Notes: generated by a model not told the origin, from the letters alone. 64,000 nt of DNA from Bacteroidales bacterium (GCA_034370405.1 JAXMKY010000161.1:28955-92954), one strand, 5' to 3'. Positions 19,555 to 30,045 are shown, counted from the first letter of the stretch. Numbers and translations are program-made.

Positions 19555-20139
19555 ATGTTGACCAGCAGACAGCTCGAAATCATTCACGCATCACACGAAA
19601 TCATAGCCGGGCAAGGCATACAAGGGCTAACCATAAAGAACCTTTCACGCAGTATTGGCATTTCCGAACCGGCAATTTACCGTCATTACGACAATAAAAT
19701 CAGTATCCTGCTTGCATTGCTTGAATATTTTAAAAGTAACATGGAGAATGTCCTAAAGAATGAGATTCGAAAAAAAGGTAGCTCATTTGATAAAATGAAA
19801 GGCGTTTTTACTAGCCATTTTAAAGCGTTTTCGGCGACCCCTTCAATGGTGGCGGTTGTATTCGCTGAAGAAATCTTTCGTAACGAACCAATACTTCACA
19901 AAAAACTCCATGATATCATGGAGTTTAATGATCGTATATTAACTGACTTGATAACCGAAGGACAAAAAAACAACGAGATCAGAACCGATGTGGAGCCTAA
20001 ATATATTTCAATTATATTAATGGGCTCATTGAGATTGCTGGTAAAAAAATGGCAAAATACTGAATACTCGTTTAACTTAACTGAAGAAGGAACGAAACTT
20101 TATACTACACTTAAAACACTGATAATTAACAACCAATGA
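19555..20139 (+). CDS. TetR/AcrR family transcriptional regulator
   Basis: N-terminal HTH region GIQGLTIKNLSRSIGISEPAIYRHYDNK. Confidence 0.88.
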   Translation: MLTSRQLEIIHASHEIIAGQGIQGLTIKNLSRSIGISEPAIYRHYDNKISILLALLEYFKSNMENVLKNEIRKKGSSFDKMKGVFTSHFKAFSATPSMVAVVFAEEIFRNEPILHKKLHDIMEFNDRILTDLITEGQKNNEIRTDVEPKYISIILMGSLRLLVKKWQNTEYSFNLTEEGTKLYTTLKTLIINNQ

Positions 20140-20480
20140 TTATGAAAATTATAAATTGGAGAGAACAGCAAATAAAAGAGAATCCACACGAGGTAGATGT
20201 GCGCTTGCTTTATGATAAACCAGAAGCCCAGGCCTTGCAAGTTACCTTGCATCCCGGTGAGCACCTGAAACCGCATATTACACCGGTTGATGTTTTTTTC
20301 CTTGTGATAGAAGGAACGCCCAGCATTCAGATTGGTGAAGAAAAACAAGTTACAGAGCCCAATATGCTCATCGAAAGCCCAATGAATATCGTTCATTGTA
20401 TTTTTAATGAATCCGAAAGTATTGCAAAGGTTTTAGTGGTTAAGGCACCAAAGCCATTGGTAAAAGCCAGGCTTTTATAA
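20136..20480 (+). CDS. cupin domain protein
   Basis: 114 aa with cupin-like HPGEHLKPHITPVDVFFLVIEG. The start overlaps the TetR stop (ATGA). Confidence 0.65.
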   Translation: MIMKIINWREQQIKENPHEVDVRLLYDKPEAQALQVTLHPGEHLKPHITPVDVFFLVIEGTPSIQIGEEKQVTEPNMLIESPMNIVHCIFNESESIAKVLVVKAPKPLVKARLL

Positions 20481-20488
20481 TTGAAAAA

Positions 20489-20513
20489 CCCACTGATCAA
20501 AGTGGGGTTTTTT
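20489..20513 (+). terminator. rho-independent terminator
   Basis: cccact-gatcaa-agtggg hairpin followed by a T6 run. Confidence 0.6.
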
Positions 20514-20525
20514 AGATACAATAAG

Positions 20526-20543
20526 TTAGTTAGTATTAACTAA
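20526..20543. promoter_or_regulatory. candidate TetR operator TTAGTTAGTATTAACTAA
   Basis: Near-perfect 18-nt palindrome with 7-nt arms. It shares the TAGTTAGT...ATTAACTA half-sites with 19479-19498. Confidence 0.45.
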
Positions 20544-20553
20544 TCGCACTGAA

Positions 20554-20754
20554 ATGAAAACTAAATTTGTAAGTAAAAGATTATTATACTGTGCTAAAAT
20601 TATTACCGAGTCGGGTATTAACTCGCTTTCCACCAATAAACTGACAGAAAAAATGAGGGTTGAGGAATCGGTTATTTACCACCCATTTAACAAAAGTGAA
20701 GGACTCATACTCAGCATGCTTTTATTTTCAATGCCTGGCCGAAGACATGAATGA
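20554..20754 (+). pseudogene. truncated TetR-family paralog (HTH region only)
   Basis: 66 aa. GINSLSTNKLTEKMRVEESVIYHPFNKSEGLILSML aligns by eye with the HTH of the 19555 TetR, but the ORF stops before any ligand-binding domain. Confidence 0.5.
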
Positions 20755-20830
20755 CTGATTATCAAAGCGAGGAGACAACTTGACCACGAAACTATCTACA
20801 GCTAAAAACTATAAACAAACTGAAATACTT

Positions 20831-21232
20831 ATGAAAAAACACACATTGAAAATCGCAGCGGCTCTTATCGCTTTACTTGGTTTGATGACTGTATTTATGA
20901 GTGGCTCTGTAATATTCGATATATTCGGTATCAGGGCTAAAGAAGGCAATTATGTTCCATTTATTGTTATTGCAAATTTTGTAAGCAGCTTTCTCTATCT
21001 ATTTGCTGCTTATGGATTTTTCTTTAAAAAAAAGTGGACAACGCAATTGCTGACAATTACCATGGGCATCCTAATAATAAGTTTTATAGGACTATTGTGG
21101 CATATCAGTGCCGGAGGCATTTTCGAAACAAAAACAGTAAATGCTATGGTTCTTCGTATTGTTATTACATTAATATTTACGGGGGTATCCTGGTTCTTTA
21201 TTTACAAAAAGCCCAAATTAAAAACTAAATAA
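20831..21232 (+). CDS. small integral membrane protein (4 predicted TM segments)
   Basis: Start at MKKHTLKIAAALIALLG, with hydrophobic segments throughout. Confidence 0.55.
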   Translation: MKKHTLKIAAALIALLGLMTVFMSGSVIFDIFGIRAKEGNYVPFIVIANFVSSFLYLFAAYGFFFKKKWTTQLLTITMGILIISFIGLLWHISAGGIFETKTVNAMVLRIVITLIFTGVSWFFIYKKPKLKTK

Positions 21233-21242
21233 AAATTGTAAA

Positions 21243-23543
21243 ATGCAAACAAAAGAACAGAGATTTAAATTGTTTTCCTGGCTGGTAATACTTGTTGTAA
21301 TCGCCATAAGTGTAATATTTATTAACGTGATGCGTAGGAATTCCCGCATGGAAACCAACCTCGATGAATATATGCCAAAGCAGCATCCAGCTTTCCTTTA
21401 CAGCGATCAGGCCGAAGAATGGTTTAATATTAAAGACGGTATTCTTATTGCCATTGAAAACCAGGGTGGCATCTACAACACACAAACGCTTCAAAAGATA
21501 AAGGATATAACCATTCAGTTACAGGACATGGATGAGTTTGATGACAATGATGTAATTTCTCTTTACACGGCTGATAACATTACAGGATCTGACGATGGCC
21601 TCGAGGTAAGAGCATTCTATACTATTGTACCGGACGACAAGGAGAGATTAGATGACCTGAAAAAAAGTATCCGGACTAACGACATGGTTTATAGGCGATT
21701 AGTATCTATGGACGAAACAGTTGGCCTAATCGTCGCGGGAATGAATGATGAACCCTTTACCCCTGAGTTTTATAAGAAGATTCTATCTTTTGCCAAATCA
21801 TTCGAAAGCGATTCGGATAAGATTTACGTCGCTGGCCGCCCTATAGTTGAGGGAACCATGGCATTGCTGGGCCCGGCTGACATGAAAAAGATGGTGCCTA
21901 TTGTATTGGTGGTTATCGCTTTAGTGCTTTACCTTTTACTTGGCAGCGTGAGGGCTTCATCAGCAACTTTGATCAGTGTTTTTGTGAGTTCTATTTATGC
22001 CTTTGGGCTTATGGCATTACTGAAAATACCCATATATTCTGTTTCTACAATGATTCCTGTTATGCTTATTGCCATAGGGGTGGCTTACGGAATATACTTT
22101 TATAATCACCTGGAACAATATTTCGCGAAGAACCCCGGCACAAACCGATCTGATGCCGTGTTGCATGTATTGAAAATACTCTGGAAACCTCTGGCTATGG
22201 CTGCTTTTACTACGATGATAGGATTTGCTTCCTTGCTTACATCACAGGTTTACCCAATCAAGTATTTCGGTGTGTTCACTGCTTTTGGAATTTTTATGGC
22301 ATTCGTTCTTGCTCTTTTGTTTTTACCGGCCACTGTGATGGTTACCGGTTATCGCCCTAAACAACAAAAGACAAAATTCAAGAACATACAATTGCCGGTT
22401 TTACTGAGAATTACCGACAAACTATTGGCTTATAAAAAGCTTGTCATCATCACTACAATCTTAATAGTGTTGTTGTCAATCATTGGTATTCAACGGGTAT
22501 GGATAAATTCAAGTTTTCTGGATAATTTCGAAAAAAACAGTGAAATCGTTAAAACCGATGCATTTGTAAACAGCAAATTCGGCGGCACTTCTACGCTCAA
22601 TGTTGTGTTGGAAAGTAAAGAAAGTGATGTTTTTAAGCATCCCGAAAACCTGCGCCTGATTGACCGTATGCAGAAACAAACGCAACAACTGGCCAAAGTT
22701 GGTAATTCGTTTTCGCTGGCCGATTACCTGAAACGCATGAATATGGTAATGAATGCCGACGACCCCGATTTTTATACAATTCCCGAAACCAGCGACCATG
22801 TGGCTCAATACCTTTTACTTTACGAAATGTCGGGGGATCCTGAAAACCTGACAAGAGTTATTAATTATGACTATTCGCAAACCAACATTACGTTTCAACT
22901 CAAGGGAGATGATTCAAAAACGATTAAAGAAGCACTGAATGAGATTGAAAAATTTAAGGGAGATTTTTGGAAGCAAGGCATTACAGTCAACTATGCAGGC
23001 TCAGGCTATAAAGCTTTAGTGTTTACCGGATTAATCCTTGAGGGACAGATTAAAAGCATTCTCATATCATTGCTGATGGTGCTGGTGCTGCTAACCCTGA
23101 TGTTCCGTAGTTTGAAAGCCGGATTGATTGGCTCTGCACCTATTATTATTACTGCTTTCATCAGTTTTGGTGTAATGGGGCTATTTAATATCCCGTTAAA
23201 CACTGCAACCGCTTTGCTCTCAAGTATAGCCATTGGTATTGGCATTGACTATGCCATTCATTTTATTGAAAATTACCGGGGCAACCTGGCAAAAAGTGGT
23301 GACAAGTTACAAGCCCTGTATGATACAATGATTCAAAAAGGAAAGGCTATCCTTTTTAATGCCGTGGTGGTGATATCAGGATTTCTGGTTTTACTCTTTT
23401 CTGTTTTTCCACCCAACCGAACACTGGGGGCCTTGGTCTCGATGAATATGTTTACCAGTTTATTAGGTACGCTGAGTATCATGATGGTACTGATATTCAC
23501 CATGAATGTATTTGTTAAAAGAAACAAAGCAACAAAAAGATGA
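21243..23543 (+). CDS. MMPL/RND-superfamily transporter
   Basis: 766 aa with two blocks of about 5-6 TM helices separated by periplasmic domains, which is the MMPL-like organisation. Confidence 0.8.
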   Translation: MQTKEQRFKLFSWLVILVVIAISVIFINVMRRNSRMETNLDEYMPKQHPAFLYSDQAEEWFNIKDGILIAIENQGGIYNTQTLQKIKDITIQLQDMDEFDDNDVISLYTADNITGSDDGLEVRAFYTIVPDDKERLDDLKKSIRTNDMVYRRLVSMDETVGLIVAGMNDEPFTPEFYKKILSFAKSFESDSDKIYVAGRPIVEGTMALLGPADMKKMVPIVLVVIALVLYLLLGSVRASSATLISVFVSSIYAFGLMALLKIPIYSVSTMIPVMLIAIGVAYGIYFYNHLEQYFAKNPGTNRSDAVLHVLKILWKPLAMAAFTTMIGFASLLTSQVYPIKYFGVFTAFGIFMAFVLALLFLPATVMVTGYRPKQQKTKFKNIQLPVLLRITDKLLAYKKLVIITTILIVLLSIIGIQRVWINSSFLDNFEKNSEIVKTDAFVNSKFGGTSTLNVVLESKESDVFKHPENLRLIDRMQKQTQQLAKVGNSFSLADYLKRMNMVMNADDPDFYTIPETSDHVAQYLLLYEMSGDPENLTRVINYDYSQTNITFQLKGDDSKTIKEALNEIEKFKGDFWKQGITVNYAGSGYKALVFTGLILEGQIKSILISLLMVLVLLTLMFRSLKAGLIGSAPIIITAFISFGVMGLFNIPLNTATALLSSIAIGIGIDYAIHFIENYRGNLAKSGDKLQALYDTMIQKGKAILFNAVVVISGFLVLLFSVFPPNRTLGALVSMNMFTSLLGTLSIMMVLIFTMNVFVKRNKATKR

Positions 23544-24490
23544 TAGACTATAAAAAAGTTGCTTGTTTTGCCGGGATATTATTTTTCACTTTTATCAGGA
23601 TTCAATTTGCTTATTCACAGCCGTGGGATTCCGAAGAAATAGAAAGCAGTTTTTTTCGATCAATCCGTGCCAATCAAAAGGATGGTTATGTCACTTTTTC
23701 GCAGGGAATCGGGAATATGGAACCTTTGATTTTCGAAGGATTATTAGCTCCATATTACCTGTTAAGAACAAGTAAGGATGCGCGGTGGGGGGCAACCATT
23801 TCTCCGGCGATTCTCCTAAGAATGCGGGCCGATTTGTCATTCCCTGTTCGCACTCCGAGCTATATGCCAAATATAACCTTTTACCACTCTCTTAAAGAAT
23901 TATCAGACAAGAGGGAAAACTCAGCCTACCTTTTTCTTATGTTGTCTCATCATTCTAATGGCCAGGATGGCAGCTTTTATAACGAAGATGGTTCTGTTAA
24001 CACCCGCAATGGTGATTTCTCAACTGATTTCCTCGAATTTGGGATATTCTTAAGCCAGAAGTTCATTCCATTTGCCGGAACCAACGAGTTTTTCAGGACA
24101 TCGCTTGAAATCCATACTAACCTTAGCCGTAGCAAAGAACTGGAAGGAAGGTACAGCTTTGTCAGATGGCATAACAGTTTTAGAATATTCAGGTTCCCTT
24201 TTATGAATTCCAACACTGCCTCAGGTTATAAACAGGCCGACTATAAAAAAATTCCACGGGTTCAAACAAAGATAGAAACTACTTGGTTGTTTGGCAATAT
24301 TGATGGTGCTACATTCTTTAATGCCGAAGAACGATTTAACTTTTCGGTTACCATGTCCGTCAGACCAAAGTTTCTGAGCGATGTAAGCCTGTTTGCCAAT
24401 TTTTATACTGGCGAAGACTATTACAATATGTTTTTCTATCGCAGAATTACTGTGCTTAGATTTGGAATACAAGCCTATTCTTTCAAATAA
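23540..24490 (+). CDS. outer-membrane protein with a phospholipase A1-like HxSNG motif (putative)
   Basis: Signal peptide, LSHHSNGQDG (compare OMPLA HDSNG, recalled from memory) and a beta-strand-like alternating C-terminus. Confidence 0.4.
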   Translation: MIDYKKVACFAGILFFTFIRIQFAYSQPWDSEEIESSFFRSIRANQKDGYVTFSQGIGNMEPLIFEGLLAPYYLLRTSKDARWGATISPAILLRMRADLSFPVRTPSYMPNITFYHSLKELSDKRENSAYLFLMLSHHSNGQDGSFYNEDGSVNTRNGDFSTDFLEFGIFLSQKFIPFAGTNEFFRTSLEIHTNLSRSKELEGRYSFVRWHNSFRIFRFPFMNSNTASGYKQADYKKIPRVQTKIETTWLFGNIDGATFFNAEERFNFSVTMSVRPKFLSDVSLFANFYTGEDYYNMFFYRRITVLRFGIQAYSFK

Positions 24491-24536
24491 AAAGTTAGTG
24501 AACATTAATCAATAATAAATTTAAAGAACTCAAAAA

Positions 24537-25316
24537 ATGAAAACAATCAAATTAAGTGTAGCAATTACAATCCTGATTTTGTTATCAGGCGCACAAAAAT
24601 CGTTTGCCCAAATGACAGGGCAACAAATCATGGAAAAAGTGTACAACAATCCTTCCGGTGATGACATAGAGGGGGAATTGACCATGACCCTGGTAGATGC
24701 CAGAGGTCAGGAGCGTGTTCGACAATTGAAACAATTCACCAAAGATTATAAAGGAGCAGAAAAGAAAATCATGTTTTTCATCTCACCGGCCGATGTAAGA
24801 AATACATCGTTTATGAACTGGAGTTATACCGATGGACGTGATGATGACCAGTGGATATATCTGCCTGCATTGAACCGTGTAAGGCGTATTTCGAGTGAGG
24901 GTAAAAGCGATTATTTCATGGGTTCTGATTTTACCTATGACGATTTGGGCGATCGCAACCCCAGTGAAGACAATCACAAACTTCTTCGCGAGGAAAACAT
25001 TGACGGAAAAGTTTGTTATGTGATAGAAAGCACCCCCAAAAATCCCGGCTACATGTATTCAAAAACCCATACATGGGTGATGAAGGATAATTTTCTGGGA
25101 TTGAAACGTGAATTTTACGACAACAAGGGAAAACAACTTAAAACGCTTACAATCAATAAATATGATAAAATAACCGGGTATTGGATAATTCTTGAAACAG
25201 AAATGAAAAATGTACAAAAAAATCATAAAACCCACATGAAATTCAACAACGTGAAAATCAACCAGGGAATTTCCGATAGCCGGTTCACCGAACGTAGCAT
25301 GGCACTGGGGTTATAG
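24537..25316 (+). CDS. outer membrane lipoprotein-sorting (LolA-like) protein
   Basis: Signal peptide. This family is commonly adjacent to MMPL transporters, and the protein is 259 aa. Confidence 0.6.
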   Translation: MKTIKLSVAITILILLSGAQKSFAQMTGQQIMEKVYNNPSGDDIEGELTMTLVDARGQERVRQLKQFTKDYKGAEKKIMFFISPADVRNTSFMNWSYTDGRDDDQWIYLPALNRVRRISSEGKSDYFMGSDFTYDDLGDRNPSEDNHKLLREENIDGKVCYVIESTPKNPGYMYSKTHTWVMKDNFLGLKREFYDNKGKQLKTLTINKYDKITGYWIILETEMKNVQKNHKTHMKFNNVKINQGISDSRFTERSMALGL

Positions 25317-25470
25317 GTGCTTAACATCAAGCTCTGTCTCGAAGAATGAACTGTTGGGGAATCTGAGATGAGAAATTGCATCCATAACAGATAGAATTTT
25401 AGATATTCCAATCCCATTCAATCAAGAAAGGCCTATTCTGATTTATCCATTCAAATAAAATCATAAACTA

Positions 25471-26727
25471 ATGTTTAAAAGAATTTTAATGAAAACCAAA
25501 ATTTTGCTTTTAGCACTTTTTACTTTGTTTTTTTTGCAACAAAGTATTGCACAGGAGAATATCCGGTTTAAAGGATATGTACGCAATTATTCGGGCGTTT
25601 TGATGAGCGACAACCACGATTTTTCGATTATGCAAAATACCTTTAACCTGGAAATAGAGAAACGAGCGGAAAAAATAGGTTTCAAAGTAAACCCCTATTT
25701 ATACCATTTTTTCGATAAAGAACTGGAATTGGGTTTGCGGGAAGCGTATCTCGACATGTACTTCGGCAAGTTTGATTTACGGGTGGGTAAACAACAAATC
25801 ATTTATGGTAAAGCAGATGGGGTGTTTATTACCGATGTTGTTTCACCCAAGGATCTGCGGGAGTTTCTTTTGCCGGATTTCGAGGAAATTCGCATCGGCG
25901 TAACGTCGGCCAAATTAAACTATTACATCGGTAATAATACTTTCGAGTTTGTTTGGATCCCTGTTTTTACTCCTACTCATCTGCCCGATTCGGGTTCAAT
26001 CTGGCGTCCCAAAATGAATTTTCCCATCACCCCAACATTTGATAACTCCACATCTGGGATCAAACCACGCCTGGAAAATAGTGAACTATTTTTTCGCTAT
26101 TCTGCCATGACTTCTAAAATTGATTTTGAATTGGTTGGGGGGTATTTCTTTAACGATGACCCGGCAATGCATTTAACAAAGTATATTGACCCTGTCAATA
26201 TGCAACTCATCGCCCTGACAGCCCGTCCCCAATACCACCGGCTGACAATGGGGGGAGGGAGCTTTAGTACACCACTTAACGGCTTTGTAATAAGGGGCGA
26301 GGGAGGATATTACTCGGGTAAGTATTTCCAAACACAAAACCCTGCCATACCCGATGCCACTATCAAAAAAAATTATTTGCATTACATGGCAGGCCTGGAT
26401 TACACCATTGCAGGGGTGAGGCTTAGCGCTCAATTTATACAGGAATATATTCTTAATTATGAAAATGGAATCTGGAATGATGAATTTGAAAACACCATGA
26501 CTTTTTTGGCGAAAAAAGACTTTTTACGAGAGAAGCTCTGGCTTGAATTGTTTACCTACATCGGGCTGAACAAAGAAGATGCCTTGATCCGTCCTAAAAT
26601 AAGCTATTCCTTTGCCGATGGTTTTGATATGCAGTTTGGTGCAAATATTTTTACCGGAACAGAGGGGCGCTTTGGGCAATACAACAACAATGACATGCTC
26701 TATTTAAAACTAAAATATAGCTTTTAA
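25471..26727 (+). CDS. outer-membrane beta-barrel protein (porin-like)
   Basis: Signal peptide, alternating beta pattern and a C-terminal ...YLKLKYSF with terminal aromatic residue. Confidence 0.55.
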   Translation: MFKRILMKTKILLLALFTLFFLQQSIAQENIRFKGYVRNYSGVLMSDNHDFSIMQNTFNLEIEKRAEKIGFKVNPYLYHFFDKELELGLREAYLDMYFGKFDLRVGKQQIIYGKADGVFITDVVSPKDLREFLLPDFEEIRIGVTSAKLNYYIGNNTFEFVWIPVFTPTHLPDSGSIWRPKMNFPITPTFDNSTSGIKPRLENSELFFRYSAMTSKIDFELVGGYFFNDDPAMHLTKYIDPVNMQLIALTARPQYHRLTMGGGSFSTPLNGFVIRGEGGYYSGKYFQTQNPAIPDATIKKNYLHYMAGLDYTIAGVRLSAQFIQEYILNYENGIWNDEFENTMTFLAKKDFLREKLWLELFTYIGLNKEDALIRPKISYSFADGFDMQFGANIFTGTEGRFGQYNNNDMLYLKLKYSF

Positions 26728-26804
26728 AACTTTTTGAAAGTTGTACGGAAATGATTATTTTAAACAAACTCAAAACCTAAATAAATAATTCAAATTTTAA
26801 CAAA

Positions 26805-27035
26805 ATGGAAATAACTGAAAAAACTCGTGTGTCGGTGCTTCTAAACGAATACGGAGATATAGCAGAGGTCATGGAAATACTCGGAATAAAACGTGTTGGC
26901 GGTTTCTCTCTCAGAAAAATAATTGCCCGTTTTATTACTGTAAAAACCGCAGCAAAAATCCATCGTGTGCCACTTGATGATTTTTTAACTATTGTAAACC
27001 GTGCTATTAAACTGAAGGAGAGCGGCAATCATTAA
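26805..27035 (+). CDS. DUF1858 domain protein
   Basis: 76 aa; ITEKTRVSVLLNEYGDIAEVMEILGI resembles DUF1858. Confidence 0.55.
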   Translation: MEITEKTRVSVLLNEYGDIAEVMEILGIKRVGGFSLRKIIARFITVKTAAKIHRVPLDDFLTIVNRAIKLKESGNH

Positions 27036-27163
27036 CAAAATCAATCGTTCGATTCCAAAACCTGTATCCGACTGATATGTCGGAGAAATGAGTTCCACTG
27101 CATGCATAAAAATGCCTGAAACAATTATGGTGTATTTTTGTATAAAATTTGCAGGTTTTCCTT

Positions 27164-27736
27164 ATGATACCAGTTGGAGCAACCCTTGTTTCGGACGATG
27201 TACGCGATATACATTTTTCATGTGATATAGCGCGATGTAAAGGGGCCTGTTGTGTGGCCGGCGATGCAGGCGCACCGCTTGACCTTGAAGAAATTGAAAT
27301 CCTGCAGGAAAACCTGGAAGAATTTATGCATTTCATGACCCCTCAGGGAATTGAAGTGGTAAACGAAGGAGGAGTGTTTGATTATGACCTTTCAGGAAAA
27401 TACGTTACCCCACTGGTGAATGGCTGCGAATGTGCATTTGCTTTTTTTACCGGTGGAATGGCGCGGTGTGCCATAGAAAAAGCCTGGGAGCAAGGAAAGA
27501 GCTTGTTCCGCAAACCGGTTTCGTGTCACTTGTATCCAATTCGTATCAGCCAATACAATGGTTTTGATGCCTTAAACTATCATAAATGGTCGGTGTGCCA
27601 TAAAGCGCTGGTAAAAGGCAAAAACGAAAATATGCCGCTTTTCCGTTTCCTGCGCGAACCCTTAATACGTAGATACAGTGAAGAATGGTACCACGAGTTG
27701 GCTAACACCTTCCTTGAAATAAATAATAAACCCTGA
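27164..27736 (+). CDS. DUF3109 family Cys-rich protein
   Basis: CDIARCKGACCVAGDAGAPLDLEEIEIL motif. ATG at 27164 preferred over the tracked TTG. Confidence 0.6.
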   Translation: MIPVGATLVSDDVRDIHFSCDIARCKGACCVAGDAGAPLDLEEIEILQENLEEFMHFMTPQGIEVVNEGGVFDYDLSGKYVTPLVNGCECAFAFFTGGMARCAIEKAWEQGKSLFRKPVSCHLYPIRISQYNGFDALNYHKWSVCHKALVKGKNENMPLFRFLREPLIRRYSEEWYHELANTFLEINNKP

Positions 27737-27813
27737 GTCTCAAGCCGACACGTAGGGTTTTTATAGGTTCCTTGCAGGATAAATCCTGAGTTAAAGCAGT
27801 TTGGATATGCAAT

Positions 27814-28329
27814 TTATGCTGCCCCGCTTCCGGAAGGAGTGGCTGCCTTAGCAGCAAGTTCTTTATCAATATGAAAGAGGCCGCCTTTTGCATCGCCCGC
27901 CAGGTTAAGCTGGTCAATAACGCCTTTCACAAGGCTTTCTTCTTCAATCTGCTCGGTTACAAACCATTGCAGAAAATTCAAAGTGGTGTAATCACGTTCT
28001 TCCATGCAAAGGTGAACAATGTTATTGATGCTTTTTGTTACATGAATTTCGTGCTTCAACACTATATCAAAAAGGGCTTTAACGGTGCCGAATTCAAGCT
28101 CGGGTTGTTCGAGTTTTTGCAATTTAGCATGTCCACCACGGTCGTTCAGGTACTTTAAGAATTTCAACTGGTGCATGCGTTCTTCATCTGAATGCTTGTA
28201 AAGAAAAGCGGCGGCACCGGGATAACCCTGCACTTCGCACCATGAGGCCATGGATAGGTAGATTCTCGACGAATGCTCTTCGAGCATGATCTGATCATTA
28301 ATAGCTTTGCTAACTTTTTCAGAAATCAT
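27814..28329 (-). CDS. ftnA: ferritin
   Basis: 171 aa with four-helix ferritin motifs (EEHSSRIYLSMASW...DEERMHQLKF). Confidence 0.88.
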   Translation of the reverse strand: MISEKVSKAINDQIMLEEHSSRIYLSMASWCEVQGYPGAAAFLYKHSDEERMHQLKFLKYLNDRGGHAKLQKLEQPELEFGTVKALFDIVLKHEIHVTKSINNIVHLCMEERDYTTLNFLQWFVTEQIEEESLVKGVIDQLNLAGDAKGGLFHIDKELAAKAATPSGSGAA

Positions 28330-28455
28330 AGTATATTATTTTTAAGGTTAATTTGTTTTGAAGCATGGGCTTGTTAATTTTAACAATCCAACTGCTGGTT
28401 TGTTTCACGGTCTGATATTAAATGTGTAGGTTTGAACTTCAAAATTACAAAGCTT

Positions 28456-28902
28456 ATGGCATTAGCAATATATTCTGACGAAAGTTTTATGAAAGAGGCC
28501 CTGAAAGAAGCTCAGAAAGCTTTTGAATTGGATGAGGTGCCGATAGGAGCTGTAGTGGTGTGTGAGAACCATATCATTGCCCGCGCCCACAATCTTACTG
28601 AGCGCCTCAACGATGTTACTGCCCATGCCGAAATGCAGGCCATCACTGCAGCAGCCAATCATTTGGGGGGGAAATATTTGGATCAATGCACTTTGTATGT
28701 TACGCTTGAACCGTGTGTGATGTGTGCCGGGGCCATATTTTGGGCACAACTCGGCAAACTGGTGTATGGAGCCAGCGACAAAAAGCGAGGATATACCATC
28801 ATACATCCAAGCATCTTACATCCGGCCACTACCATTTCAAAAGGAATAATGCAGCACGAGTGTGCCGCACCATTGAAAGAATTTTTTAAAAAGAAAAGGT
28901 AA
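28456..28902 (+). CDS. tadA: tRNA adenosine(34) deaminase
   Basis: HAEMQAI and PCVMCAGA zinc-binding motifs. Confidence 0.9.
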   Translation: MALAIYSDESFMKEALKEAQKAFELDEVPIGAVVVCENHIIARAHNLTERLNDVTAHAEMQAITAAANHLGGKYLDQCTLYVTLEPCVMCAGAIFWAQLGKLVYGASDKKRGYTIIHPSILHPATTISKGIMQHECAAPLKEFFKKKR

Positions 28903-28917
28903 TAGCTTACGGCTATT

Positions 28918-30045
28918 CTATTTCCCGGCCATTGAGGCACTGAATAGTTCTTCAAGCTTTTCGTGCAAGGCCTGTTCGCGCAAGTTACGGCCAATAATCA
29001 CCCCTTGTGGATCAAGCAGTACGCTGGCAGGAATTGAATTAACGGCATATAGTTTTGCGGCTTCGTTGCTCCAGCCTTTGAGATCCGAAATATGGTGCCA
29101 GGTAAGCTGGTCGTCATGTATGGCCTTGATCCAGCGGTCGCGGTCGTTGTCGAGCGAAACGCCAAGGATATCGAATCCTTTTTCATGATATTTCTGGTAA
29201 GCTGCTACCACATTGGGGTTTTCTACACGGCAGGGTCCACACCACGCTGCCCAGAAATCAATCAGCAGGTAGCTCCCACGAAGCGAAGATAAACTAACTG
29301 GGTTACCGATAGAGTCGTTCATCGTAAATTCAGGGGCTGTTTTGCCAATTTGTACGCCATGTAACAGCTCAATTTTTTCTTTTAGTTGAACCACATATTC
29401 CGATCCGGCCAACGTAGGATCCAGGTTTTTGGCCACTGTTTCCATATCAGCAAGTTCGAGCCTATAAATGTTGCGCAATGTCAGTTGAGCGGCAACTACC
29501 GATTTGGTGTTTGCGTTGACAAAACCCAGCAGATGTTCAACTTCTTGTTTACCAATGGATTCATGCTCTTTTGTGAGTTCTTTAATCTTATCATTATCGC
29601 CTGCTTTCTTAGCTTCCTCATACTCTTTATATAACTCCTGAGCGCGATCGGTATAAACCTTGTTTTCATCCATGTACTTCTTATAAATGTCATGGGGTGG
29701 CGATCCGGTAATCCGTGCATCGGCAATCTGGTCGGACGATGCAGCTATATGAATGTTGCCAGCGTCGAGAAAAAAGCTAATGGGGCGGTTCACACCCTCT
29801 AGCCTGATATAAGCAAGTTTGGGATAAGTGATTTCACTTTTAAACAGGAAATTTCCATCGGTCGAATGCAGCGAATCAATAGTGATAAATTGCCCCTGCT
29901 CGCGAAATTGAAGATAAATCCAACCCGAATCCCAGGAAGCAATACTTCCTTCAACAACATAGGGTCTGGACTTGGAATAGGGATTGGAAGAACAAGCTGC
30001 CATTAAAGCAATAATAGCCAAAAGCGTAAAGAAATGATTTTTCAT
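28918..30045 (-). CDS. TlpA-like thiol:disulfide oxidoreductase lipoprotein
   Basis: Lipobox LMAAC, WAAWCGPC thioredoxin motif, and an N-terminal DUF4369-like domain. Confidence 0.8.
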   Translation of the reverse strand: MKNHFFTLLAIIALMAACSSNPYSKSRPYVVEGSIASWDSGWIYLQFREQGQFITIDSLHSTDGNFLFKSEITYPKLAYIRLEGVNRPISFFLDAGNIHIAASSDQIADARITGSPPHDIYKKYMDENKVYTDRAQELYKEYEEAKKAGDNDKIKELTKEHESIGKQEVEHLLGFVNANTKSVVAAQLTLRNIYRLELADMETVAKNLDPTLAGSEYVVQLKEKIELLHGVQIGKTAPEFTMNDSIGNPVSLSSLRGSYLLIDFWAAWCGPCRVENPNVVAAYQKYHEKGFDILGVSLDNDRDRWIKAIHDDQLTWHHISDLKGWSNEAAKLYAVNSIPASVLLDPQGVIIGRNLREQALHEKLEELFSASMAGK

